64,000 bases of DNA. Source: a virus. The stretch's first letter is position 1. Each line of letters starts with the position of its first letter. The DNA lies in the IMG/VR virus record IMGVR_UViG_3300044701_002547, positions 41,676-105,675 of that record; one strand, given 5' to 3'. Below, one piece after another: positions 9,502 through 18,144 of the stretch. Position numbers and translations under genes: made by a program. Under the pieces are notes generated by a model, which was not told where the DNA came from, searched no databases, and worked only from the letters and a program-made list of their open reading frames with translations.

Positions 9502-10088
9502 TGTCACCTTTTGAAACTTATCAAGCATATTTGGGAATTAAGAATCATTTCACCAATCCCAAATATGATTACTTTAAATATAAAAAAACAAGAGCAACAC
9601 TTACATCATTTAACAAACGCAAAGACCGATATTTTTTCGAGAAAACCAGTCGTAAGTATTCCGATAAAGAAATAGTAGATTTTTTAGTATCAAACTTTAT
9701 AGTAGCAGATAATCCCCAAAGCATATGGATTGGCGAAATTATCAATTCTGGAGAAAGAAACTACCAGGAATGGATGAAAAGACAGCAGAGTTTGAGTTAC
9801 TTGTTCAAGGAGCAATCAACCGAATTGTTCTCGGAAGTAAAATTAGAAGATGCTCTGAACTGCTCCAAAGGGCATCCACCAATTCTAAAAAAATTCCTGA
9901 GCGGGAAGATTTGTATTGAAACTTTGGTAATTTATGATATAATATTCCTGTTCGGGAATAAGTTTGACAGGAAACTTCTGGACCCGGTGTGGGAAACCGT
10001 AAGTTTAAAAATTAAAAAGTATATGCCGTTTCTAAATATTGATGTGTTTCAGTACAAGCGAATTTTGAGGGATATTGTAAATGAGTAG
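9501..10088 (+). CDS. gp59: Helicase loader gp59
   Basis: YLGIKNHF...YDYFKY...FNKRKDRYFFEK; synteny. Confidence 0.85.
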   Translation: MSPFETYQAYLGIKNHFTNPKYDYFKYKKTRATLTSFNKRKDRYFFEKTSRKYSDKEIVDFLVSNFIVADNPQSIWIGEIINSGERNYQEWMKRQQSLSYLFKEQSTELFSEVKLEDALNCSKGHPPILKKFLSGKICIETLVIYDIIFLFGNKFDRKLLDPVWETVSLKIKKYMPFLNIDVFQYKRILRDIVNE

Positions 10089-10410
10089 TTTTTTTGATTC
10101 TGAACTTATTCAGGAAGAACTAAAAGAAATTCACGAACTTCAGGAGTTTATATACAAAAGTATTTTAACTTTTGGTATGATGCCCCGAGAAGACAAACTG
10201 GAACACATTGAAAAAATGACACGACTGCTTGAAAAGCAGCGAATTATGTACACCAGACTTTCTCTTTCTGACGACCCAGAAGCGGTAGAAATGAAAGAAA
10301 ACCTAAGAAAGTCAGTTGCTCTGATGGGATTTCCACCAGAGACTGATATGAGCATTCTTTTTGGTAGTATGACAAAAACTATTGAATCACTTAAAAAGTA
10401 TCTTGACTGA
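10081..10410 (+). CDS. DUF1825-like protein (cyanobacteria-like)
   Basis: FFDSELIQEE N-terminus; RLSLSDD. Confidence 0.6.
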   Translation: MSSFFDSELIQEELKEIHELQEFIYKSILTFGMMPREDKLEHIEKMTRLLEKQRIMYTRLSLSDDPEAVEMKENLRKSVALMGFPPETDMSILFGSMTKTIESLKKYLD

Positions 10411-10431
10411 TAAGTGATTTTTTGTTATAAT
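10403..10431 (+). promoter_or_regulatory. Sigma70 promoter of gene 32
   Basis: TTGACT-17-TATAAT. Confidence 0.75.
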
Positions 10432-10475
10432 ATCTAAGTAAATCTCCCGAATCCAAACTATCCGAGGTATCTAAA

Positions 10476-11393
10476 ATGGGTTTTGCCGACCTTAAAAAAC
10501 AATCTAAACTTGGTTCTCTCACCGAAAAACTGGTGAAAGAAGTTGAAAAAATGAATAATAATACATCATCTGGCGATGATCGTGTGTGGAAACTTGATTG
10601 CGACAAATCTGGTAATGGTTACGCAGTCATTCGCTTTCTGCCTGCTCCCGATGGTGAAGATCTGCCCTTTGTGAAACTTTATAGCCACGCCTTTCAAGGT
10701 CCTGGCGGTTGGTATATTGAAAATTCTTTGACCACTATGGGGCAAAAAGATCCCGTTTCGGAAATGAATACCGAACTGTGGAACAATGGAACTGATGCAG
10801 GTAAAGAACTGGCACGTAAGCAGAAGCGCAAACTGACTTACATTAGCAATATTTACGTTGTGAAGGATCCTGCTAATCCTGAGAACGAAGGTAAAGTCTT
10901 CTTGTTCAAGTTTGGTAAAAAAATCTTTGATAAACTCACTGCTGCAATGCAACCTGAGTTTGAAGATGAGGAAGCAATTGACCCCTTTGACTTCTGGAAG
11001 GGTGCTAACTTCAAACTGAAGGCAAAGAATGTTGCTGGTTATCGTAACTATGATTCCAGCGAGTTTGCGAATCCTTCTGCTCTCCTAGACAACGATGATG
11101 AACTGGAATCAGTCTGGAAAAAGCAATATTCTCTTGCTGAACTCGTCGCTGCCGATCAGTTCAAAACCTATGACGAACTGAAAAAGCGTCTTGGTTATGT
11201 TCTGGGTTCTAAAGGTTCTTCCCGTGTGGATGAAGAAGTTGAGAGTGAGGACAACACCCGTGGTTCTGCTCCCGACCTTGATGACGAACTCCGCAGCGAA
11301 CTTAATAATTTGAAACCGACTCGTCGTGCTCCCGTTGAGGATGATGATGACGATGCGCTTTCATACTTCGCAAAGTTGGCATCTGACGACTGA
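10476..11393 (+). CDS. gp32: Single-stranded DNA binding protein gp32
   Basis: GNGYAVIRFLP, WYIENS, FGKKIFDK, NYDSSEF; acidic C-terminus. Confidence 0.95.
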   Translation: MGFADLKKQSKLGSLTEKLVKEVEKMNNNTSSGDDRVWKLDCDKSGNGYAVIRFLPAPDGEDLPFVKLYSHAFQGPGGWYIENSLTTMGQKDPVSEMNTELWNNGTDAGKELARKQKRKLTYISNIYVVKDPANPENEGKVFLFKFGKKIFDKLTAAMQPEFEDEEAIDPFDFWKGANFKLKAKNVAGYRNYDSSEFANPSALLDNDDELESVWKKQYSLAELVAADQFKTYDELKKRLGYVLGSKGSSRVDEEVESEDNTRGSAPDLDDELRSELNNLKPTRRAPVEDDDDDALSYFAKLASDD

Positions 11394-11409
11394 TTCTGTG
11401 CTATAATAC

Positions 11410-11438
11410 GGGGGAGGTCAAGGGTCTCCCCTTTTTTT
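11410..11438 (+). terminator. Intrinsic terminator after gene 32
   Basis: GGGGAG(G/A)-loop-TCTCCCC followed by a T tract. Confidence 0.7.
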
Positions 11439-12026
11439 ATGAAATCTGATTACTACATTGACCGAATTACAAAAAAACAGGCAGAAGAACTTCTACTGAC
11501 CTATCACTATCTCAAAGATATTTCAAAGGATTTTAAGTCTGGGTATAATTATGGACTTTTTAAGAAGAATGATTTCTCTCCTTTAAATATTGGACAATTG
11601 CTTGGGGCAATAATTTTCACGGGTCTCCCTGTTCCAGAAATTGCCAAAGGCGCTTTTGGTCTAGAACGAAATGAACAACAAGGACTTTTTGAACTTTCGC
11701 GTCTCTGCATCCACCCAGACATACAATCTGGTGAGCATAATATCACTTCTTGGTTTGTTTCAAGAGCGATTAGACAGTTACGGAAGGATACTGAAGTTAA
11801 AGCAATTATCTCTTACGCTGATAGTGATTTTCATTCTGGCACAATCTATCGCGCTTGTAATTTCCAATATTGCGGACTCTCAGACCCAAAAAAAGACTTC
11901 TACTTTGCAGACGGAACTAAACACTCTAGAGGCAAAGTTAAAGGTGCTGCAGGAGAATGGAAAGAACGCTCCCGCAAACACCGATATGTAATGGTCTTTG
12001 ATAAGTCTTTAAATCTCTTATGGTGA
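11439..12026 (+). CDS. Mom-like DNA modification protein (GNAT fold)
   Basis: ELSRL, SWFVSRA, IISYAD, HSGTIYRACNFQYCG resemble phage Mu Mom. Confidence 0.75.
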   Translation: MKSDYYIDRITKKQAEELLLTYHYLKDISKDFKSGYNYGLFKKNDFSPLNIGQLLGAIIFTGLPVPEIAKGAFGLERNEQQGLFELSRLCIHPDIQSGEHNITSWFVSRAIRQLRKDTEVKAIISYADSDFHSGTIYRACNFQYCGLSDPKKDFYFADGTKHSRGKVKGAAGEWKERSRKHRYVMVFDKSLNLLW

Positions 12027-12665
12027 GGTAACTCTGGTATTCTCGGTCTTAATAGTCTTATTATCTACATATTGCGATGACTTACCATAAGTCATTTCTC
12101 TTCTAGTATCAAGAAGAACTTGTTGTAAATATCTTGGTTTTAGGACGTAAATACCTCTTTTTTCATTGTTCTTACGAACTTCATATTCGTAATTAGTTAT
12201 TCCATTAACAGGATTGAGTGTAGTAATAATATTATCTGGATTTGGAATTGTAAAATCAGAATCCACAACTTTACCAGCGGGAAGAATTAAACGATCTTGC
12301 GAATCTTTGACTTCTGTAGTTTCATAATGGTGAATTGCATTCAAATCTTCACCATAAATTTCTTCCGCATAATCATAAATTTGTCTATCAGAAAGGGGCC
12401 ATTGATCTCTTACATTTGTAATTCCAGCAGTTACTAATACAACCCAATCATACTGAACACTTCCGTAAAGTTCTTCTGCAACAAGTTCTGGACGTGATCC
12501 ATCGGGAATTTGATACTTATCAAAGATAGTGAATACATTTTGTAAGTCATCACGAAGTTTAACTCTACGAAATAGATTTTTTACAAGTAAATAATCACTT
12601 GAAGACTTTCTATTCGATAAGAATGATTGATACTCTAAGTTTGGAAGTTCTCTGAAATAGCTCAT
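12018..12665 (-). CDS. gp53: Baseplate wedge protein gp53
   Basis: YFRELPN, RPELVAEELYG (LysM-like), WPLS, IHHYET, YEYE. Confidence 0.85.
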   Translation of the reverse strand: MSYFRELPNLEYQSFLSNRKSSSDYLLVKNLFRRVKLRDDLQNVFTIFDKYQIPDGSRPELVAEELYGSVQYDWVVLVTAGITNVRDQWPLSDRQIYDYAEEIYGEDLNAIHHYETTEVKDSQDRLILPAGKVVDSDFTIPNPDNIITTLNPVNGITNYEYEVRKNNEKRGIYVLKPRYLQQVLLDTRREMTYGKSSQYVDNKTIKTENTRVTSP

Positions 12666-13546
12666 TAGAATCCTGTTCCCTCTGCGCCTATTCCTGTATC
12701 GTAATCCTCAGCATATATTGGGCTGAGTTCTTTAAAAGTAAGACTTAAAACTATATTTACTGGTGCTCCATCAGAATAAGTTGCGTAAGTTCCAGAACCA
12801 GTATAATTAACTCCTACTCCAGTAAGAGCACAAATTTTAAATCTATTTAGATATGGATGACGATTTCCTCCACTCATATATTCAAGTCGGAATACATCAG
12901 GTGCCTTTAAGAATAATCCACTACCAGTTCCTACTCCTTGTCTTTTTGCAGCACTATATTTTTTAAATTTTCTAATGATTTGTTTGACTACTTGTGCTTC
13001 TTTTTGTGAGCGAGGGACCATATCAAATGCAAATGAAAATGGCTGTCTTAAAGAAACACCTGAAAAAATTAATTCAATATTCGAGTTAGTGACTGCTCCT
13101 GCGTATCTTGAAAGAGTTTTATCAATAGATGTATTTCCTCCAAATAATATGTTAGTTCCTAGTTTTATTCCTAAAGCAGTATAAAATTTTTGAGCTGATC
13201 CACCAGTAAGTTCATCAAGTGCTGTGTTTGCAGTGTTTTTTATTGCGTTTATATCTAAACTTCCTAAATTTTGTAATAAACCTGCTGTTCCTGCTTCTAA
13301 TGGATTTAAAGAACTTTCTCCCCATCCAGTAGCATTCGTATCCTTTATGTCTTCAGGAATAGGAAGTATAAAATAATCCAATTCTTTCTTTACATCTCTA
13401 GGATCTCCTGCTGTTGGTGCTGCAAGAGGAGTGGGACTATTTTGGACAGGTGAAAATCCTGGAGCTTTATATTCAAGCGCAGTAATCTTTAAATAATCAT
13501 CAGAAGAATCAAGCTTAGTAAGTGGATATCTTAACAGTTCTGCCAT
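12665..13546 (-). CDS. gp48: Baseplate tail-tube cap gp48
   Basis: ELIFSGVSLRQPFSFAFDMVPRSQKEA; synteny with 53/2/4. Confidence 0.8.
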   Translation of the reverse strand: MAELLRYPLTKLDSSDDYLKITALEYKAPGFSPVQNSPTPLAAPTAGDPRDVKKELDYFILPIPEDIKDTNATGWGESSLNPLEAGTAGLLQNLGSLDINAIKNTANTALDELTGGSAQKFYTALGIKLGTNILFGGNTSIDKTLSRYAGAVTNSNIELIFSGVSLRQPFSFAFDMVPRSQKEAQVVKQIIRKFKKYSAAKRQGVGTGSGLFLKAPDVFRLEYMSGGNRHPYLNRFKICALTGVGVNYTGSGTYATYSDGAPVNIVLSLTFKELSPIYAEDYDTGIGAEGTGF

Positions 13547-13554
13547 TTACTTTT

Positions 13555-13935
13555 TTAACTATTTAGACGAATATTTCCAAAAGGTAGTTTTCTTAAATCG
13601 CTGAGCTCTTCTTGATAAACCTCATACATTCCTCCAGCAACTTCATCCCAAGTATATTGCCTTTCTTCTCCCCAATGATAATTAAATCCTCTAAATCCCC
13701 ACTTATATACATTCGTAACGGCAACTAGGGGGTTTTGATCGTATCTTGTATTTGGAGTCTTAGCATTATAAACAAAAATGTAAAATGCTCCTGCTCTTGG
13801 GGGGTCTTTAGTTTCTCTAAGAATGCCCATTAGTTCAAGCATTATATCATCCGCTCTTTCAGTTCCATTCAGTTCTTTTACGAGTCTTGCTACTCGATTT
13901 CTTTTTGATTTTTGTTGAAGAGTCTTTCTTGGCAT
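13555..13935 (-). CDS. DNA end protector gp2-like
   Basis: YIFVYNAKT...YDQNPLV...GFNYHW. Confidence 0.6.
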   Translation of the reverse strand: MPRKTLQQKSKRNRVARLVKELNGTERADDIMLELMGILRETKDPPRAGAFYIFVYNAKTPNTRYDQNPLVAVTNVYKWGFRGFNYHWGEERQYTWDEVAGGMYEVYQEELSDLRKLPFGNIRLNS

Positions 13936-14378
13936 TACTTGATACCGAGTTCGTTTTCCGTAATTACCTTAAATTCGTATCCACGATCAGCACACCACTC
14001 TCTTGCTGCTTCCCACTTGGATTGATTTTTGGCATATTCATAGACCTCACTGATATATTGCTTAGTTTGTCTCTTTGGTTTTGGTGGAGGAATTGTTTGT
14101 CTTTTTGGTTTAATCTCAATCATATACTTTTTAATTGCTCCACTACTTTCTTTCACCTTAATTAGAAAGTCGGGAAAATAACGATGAGGTTTTCCGTCTA
14201 GTGGAGATTTATACCAAACAAACATTTCTTCATTGGACCATTCTAAAATGTTTTCATTTGTATCACAATATTTCATAAATTTACGTTCCCAACTTGATCT
14301 ATAGTATATTTCACAGGGATTTCCTTTATATTTTTTTGGAAATTTTGGTGAGTATTTCCCTTGCAAAAATTTTTTCAT
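13935..14378 (-). CDS. gp4: Head completion nuclease gp4
   Basis: KYKGN...YRSSWE, HRYFPDF, IEIKP, NQSKWEAA. Confidence 0.9.
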   Translation of the reverse strand: MKKFLQGKYSPKFPKKYKGNPCEIYYRSSWERKFMKYCDTNENILEWSNEEMFVWYKSPLDGKPHRYFPDFLIKVKESSGAIKKYMIEIKPKRQTIPPPKPKRQTKQYISEVYEYAKNQSKWEAAREWCADRGYEFKVITENELGIK

Positions 14379-15034
14379 TTATTTTTATCCCATTTCCATT
14401 GCCCCTTTATTCTTCCAAGCACAAAATCTTGTCCCGGACTTTCAATAGATCTTTTATTAATTTTTCCATTATTCCACCACTTTGTTCCTTTTGATAAACC
14501 CAATTTATCATTTGGGGGCCTTATTCCTTTTTCTTTTAAAGTTTGTGATATTTGTTTGCGTTGTTTTTGTCCTTCTTCTGTTTGATAGTAATTTAATCTA
14601 TCTATTGATTTTAATTTTTTATATTCTTCTGTATGTTTTTTTCCAGTCCAAAAATTTCCGTATAATTTTTTATACTCTTTTAATCTTTCACCTTTTGGAT
14701 CAGGTGCAGATTTTCCTTTATTTTTTAAACTTATTTTATTTTTAGTTTCTTCCGTATGATTAAATCCCAGTAAGCCTTCTCCACCTAATGTTTGATTATA
14801 TTCTGGGTTAATTTTGCTAATCCAAAATTTTTCTCTTTCTAATAAATTATCCCAATCTTTACATTCTTCTATTTTTTCAATATAAAAATTTTCTTCTCCA
14901 TATTTTACTATTGCTTTTGCTATTCCACAATTTAAATGTTTTTTATGTTCATTAAATCTTTTATTTAATGATCTAGATGTTATTCCTATATATTTTTTAT
15001 TATTGATTTTATTAATTATTTGATATACAAACAT
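14375..15034 (-). mobile_element. Free-standing GIY-YIG homing endonuclease (Seg-like, NUMOD3 repeats)
   Basis: VYQI...KYIGIT, RFNEH, EKFWI, YN, HTEETK/HTEEYK; AT-rich; own TATAAATA late promoter at 15059-15066 (-). Confidence 0.85.
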
Positions 15035-15039
15035 TATTT

Positions 15040-15093
15040 TTATGTTAGGTCTCCCTTATATTTATAATTTAACTTTCCGTTGTAAGAAGACAT
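15040..15093 (-). pseudogene. Relic 5' end of gene 4
   Basis: MSSYNGKLNYKYKGDLT* resembles the gp4 N-terminus (M.Y.GK...KYKGD.T). Confidence 0.5.
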
Positions 15094-15133
15094 CTAAATA
15101 ACTGTAGCATAATACTCATATAAGGTATTTAGA

Positions 15134-15949
15134 GTGTCGACAATAAGACCCAGAAAAATATCTACTTTCAGATCACTCTTTGGAAATCTAGCACAAACAT
15201 CTCATTATCAAGTAATTTTTGGAGGACTACCTGTTCCCTTGACAAATTATTTGATACGCAGGTCAGTAACTTTACCATTTGTTGCTGAAAATGCGGGTCT
15301 GCTTTGTTTCAATGCATCTCTTCCAACAGCATCCTTTGCCACTAAAAATGTTGATGGAAACTTCACTGGAGTTAGTGAAAAATTTGCTACTGCCAGAATG
15401 TATGATGAAATTGGATTGGATTTTTATGTTGATAGTAATTATCAACAAATGAAGTTTTTAGAATCTTGGATGGAATTCATTGCAAGTGGTTCTCATAATC
15501 CACTTGGAAGTAGTTTGCCGCCAGTCAATCAGGCAAATGCAAACTACTTTATGAGAATGCAATATCCAGAAACTTATAAGTGTAGTTTCACTAGAATTTT
15601 AAAATTTGATAGAGATTATAATCAAGAAATAGAATACAGGTTTATAGGTCTTTGGCCTTATGCTATGAGCGCACCTACAATTTCTTATCAATCATCTGAG
15701 ATTATGAAAGTTTCTGCGACATTTAAATTTGATCGTTACATTGCAGGAAGAGCACTCAGCATCAACACTTTTATAGGTGATGATAATAACAAGCAATCAA
15801 CTCAAACTGGAGATGTAACAACATCTAGACTGATTCCAGTTCGTGGTAACAGTGGTGTTGTTTTTTATGACGCTAATATAGATACGAGAACAACTGCTGA
15901 AGTTAATAGAAGATTCTTTGATGCTCAAGGACGCCCAGTTATCAACTAA
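15134..15949 (+). CDS. Tail-tube initiator, gp54/gp19-like
   Basis: ASLP, FYVD...FLESW, YPETYK, GLWP, ATFKF; CTAAATA upstream. Confidence 0.6.
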   Translation: MSTIRPRKISTFRSLFGNLAQTSHYQVIFGGLPVPLTNYLIRRSVTLPFVAENAGLLCFNASLPTASFATKNVDGNFTGVSEKFATARMYDEIGLDFYVDSNYQQMKFLESWMEFIASGSHNPLGSSLPPVNQANANYFMRMQYPETYKCSFTRILKFDRDYNQEIEYRFIGLWPYAMSAPTISYQSSEIMKVSATFKFDRYIAGRALSINTFIGDDNNKQSTQTGDVTTSRLIPVRGNSGVVFYDANIDTRTTAEVNRRFFDAQGRPVIN

Positions 15950-15977
15950 ATAAATTTACTGAAGTTTTTAGGTTATT

Positions 15978-16697
15978 ATGCCTTTACCAACAATTGCAAC
16001 ACCAACTTATGAGTTGGAAATTCCTTCATTAAAGAAGAAAATTAAATACAGACCTTTTCTAGTTAAAGAAGAAAAGATTCTGATTATTGCGATGGAGAGT
16101 GAAGATCCAAAGCAAATTGCAGACGCATTAAAAACTGTAATTGGAAATTGCATTCTAACTCGCGGAATTAAAGTTGATCAATTATCAATCTTTGATATTG
16201 AATATCTCTTTCTAAACATTCGTGGAAAATCAGTCGGTGAAGATGTTGATGTTCTTTTAACTTGTCCAGACGATGGAACAACACAAGTTCCTGCAACAAT
16301 TAATCTAGATGAGATTAAAGTAGTTGTAAAATCAGAACATTCGAGAGATATTAAACTTGATGAAAGTTTAACTTTAAGAATGAAATATCCTTCAATGCAA
16401 GAATTCGTTAAGAATAATTTCTCAAACGAAGATAATAGTGGAATTCAAGATACTTTTAATATGATTGCTTCTTGTATTGAACAAATTTATAGTGAAGAAG
16501 AATCTTGGGCGGCGGCAGATTCTACCAAAAAAGAATTAAATGAGTTTCTAGAACAACTGACTTCTCAACAATTTAAAGAAGTTGAAAAGTTCTTTGAAAC
16601 GATGCCTAAACTTTCTCATACTGTTAAAGTTAAGAATCCAAATACTGGCGTCGAAAGTGAAGTTGTACTTGAGGGTTTAACATCTTTTTTCGCCTAG
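15978..16697 (+). CDS. gp26: Baseplate hub assembly protein gp26
   Basis: MPLP..ATPTYEL, YRPFLVKEEKILI, FDIEYLFLNIRGKSVGE, LEGLTSFF. Confidence 0.9.
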   Translation: MPLPTIATPTYELEIPSLKKKIKYRPFLVKEEKILIIAMESEDPKQIADALKTVIGNCILTRGIKVDQLSIFDIEYLFLNIRGKSVGEDVDVLLTCPDDGTTQVPATINLDEIKVVVKSEHSRDIKLDESLTLRMKYPSMQEFVKNNFSNEDNSGIQDTFNMIASCIEQIYSEEESWAAADSTKKELNEFLEQLTSQQFKEVEKFFETMPKLSHTVKVKNPNTGVESEVVLEGLTSFFA

Positions 16698-16699
16698 GA

Positions 16700-16873
16700 A
16701 TGGCGCACGAAGATCTTGCGTCATATTATAAAACTAACTTTGCTCTCATTCAGCATCATAAATATTCATTAACAGAGTTAGAAAATATGATCCCTTGGGA
16801 GCGCGAAATTTATATTACTTTACTCCAACAGTATATCGAAGAAGAAAACCTGAAGAATTCACCGAATGGCTAA
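16700..16873 (+). CDS. gp51: Baseplate hub assembly protein gp51-like (57 aa)
   Basis: YYKTNFALIQHHKYSLTELENMIPWEREIY; absent from the ORF track. Confidence 0.8.
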   Translation: MAHEDLASYYKTNFALIQHHKYSLTELENMIPWEREIYITLLQQYIEEENLKNSPNG

Positions 16874-18143
16874 CGGAACTCCTACAAGTAGTATTGAACT
16901 GATAGGTCTTCAAAGTCAGGTAGAAGGAGTTCGTTCGGAACTTGTTTCAACTAATAACGGTCTTATAGGAATTGCAAATTTAATTCGCACTGACGGTGCC
17001 CAAGATCAGCAAAGACTTTTAGATGAAAGAAGAGATCAACAACTTTTATCTGAAAGAAAAATTAGAATGGGTCAAGAAGAAGCACTTGAAAGGCAAGTAT
17101 CTGCTTCTTTTGTAGAACCTGTAAATAAATTAGAAAGAAATTTAAGTTCTACTTTTGGTAATATTCAAAAAGCTTTAAATTTTTTGTTTGTTGGTGCTGT
17201 TAGTGGAGTATTCTTAAAAGGTTTAGGTAAAGCAGTTGATTTAGGTAAAAGTACTCTTGCTGGAGTTGGAAGTCTTTTAACAAATATTTTTGGTGCGATA
17301 GGATCTGGACTAGGAACTATTAAAAATGGTTTTGGGTCAGTTTTAAAGTCTATTGGTGGGGTTGTGGATGATATATCAAAGGGAATATTATCTCTTGCTA
17401 AATCTCCATTTAAAGCTATTGCTGATGCTTTTAGTAAATTATTAGGAAAAGGAACCCCAACGCCAACACCTACTCCAACTCCGAGACCAACAACTACTTC
17501 ACCTGGAGGTGGTGGTGCTTTAAGGTCTCTACAAAGATTTTTGGGACCAATAACACGACTTGCTTCTGGATTTGGTGCAGTTTCTTCTGCTATGGAGGGG
17601 GATTATGTTGGTGCTGGAGTATATGGCGCTGCTGCATTATTACCAAATCCACTTACAGGTTCGGCAGCTTTAGCATATAGTTTTTTTGGAGATCAAATAA
17701 AAGAAGGGTTGTCTAATATTACAAATCAATTTGGAAATTTTGATTTTCAAGGTTTATCTATTCCAAATCTTTTTGGAATGAATGATGGAGAAACTAATTT
17801 AGATGCCTCAAGTGCTTCTGCAGGTTCTGCAGGAGAAGTGGCAGCTCCTGTTACAAGCACAACAACTTCTGCAGCACAACCAGCAGGACCACAACGACTT
17901 CAAGTAATTCCATTTAGATCCGACCAATCTCAAGTTCAAACTCCACCAGCACAGCAAAGGAACTTACAACCTCCCGCAGAACCTGCTCCAGATGTTGTCT
18001 ATCTTCAAAGTGGCAATCAACAAGAATCTACAGTTGCTTCTAGTGGAGGTGGAACTTTAACTGATGTTCCATTAATTCCTTCTGCAAATCCTGATAATTT
18101 TTACACATTATATGCTCAACTAAATTATAATGTGGTGATATAA
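16866..18143 (+). CDS. Putative tape-measure/baseplate hub-associated protein
   Basis: Coiled-coil N-terminus, Gly/Ala amphipathic repeats, Pro/Thr linker; follows 26/51. Confidence 0.45.
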   Translation: MANGTPTSSIELIGLQSQVEGVRSELVSTNNGLIGIANLIRTDGAQDQQRLLDERRDQQLLSERKIRMGQEEALERQVSASFVEPVNKLERNLSSTFGNIQKALNFLFVGAVSGVFLKGLGKAVDLGKSTLAGVGSLLTNIFGAIGSGLGTIKNGFGSVLKSIGGVVDDISKGILSLAKSPFKAIADAFSKLLGKGTPTPTPTPTPRPTTTSPGGGGALRSLQRFLGPITRLASGFGAVSSAMEGDYVGAGVYGAAALLPNPLTGSAALAYSFFGDQIKEGLSNITNQFGNFDFQGLSIPNLFGMNDGETNLDASSASAGSAGEVAAPVTSTTTSAAQPAGPQRLQVIPFRSDQSQVQTPPAQQRNLQPPAEPAPDVVYLQSGNQQESTVASSGGGTLTDVPLIPSANPDNFYTLYAQLNYNVVI

Positions 18144-18144
18144 A

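Noticed and set aside
17453-17495. Short repeat encoding PTPTPTPTP
   Set aside because: Ordinary Pro/Thr linker.
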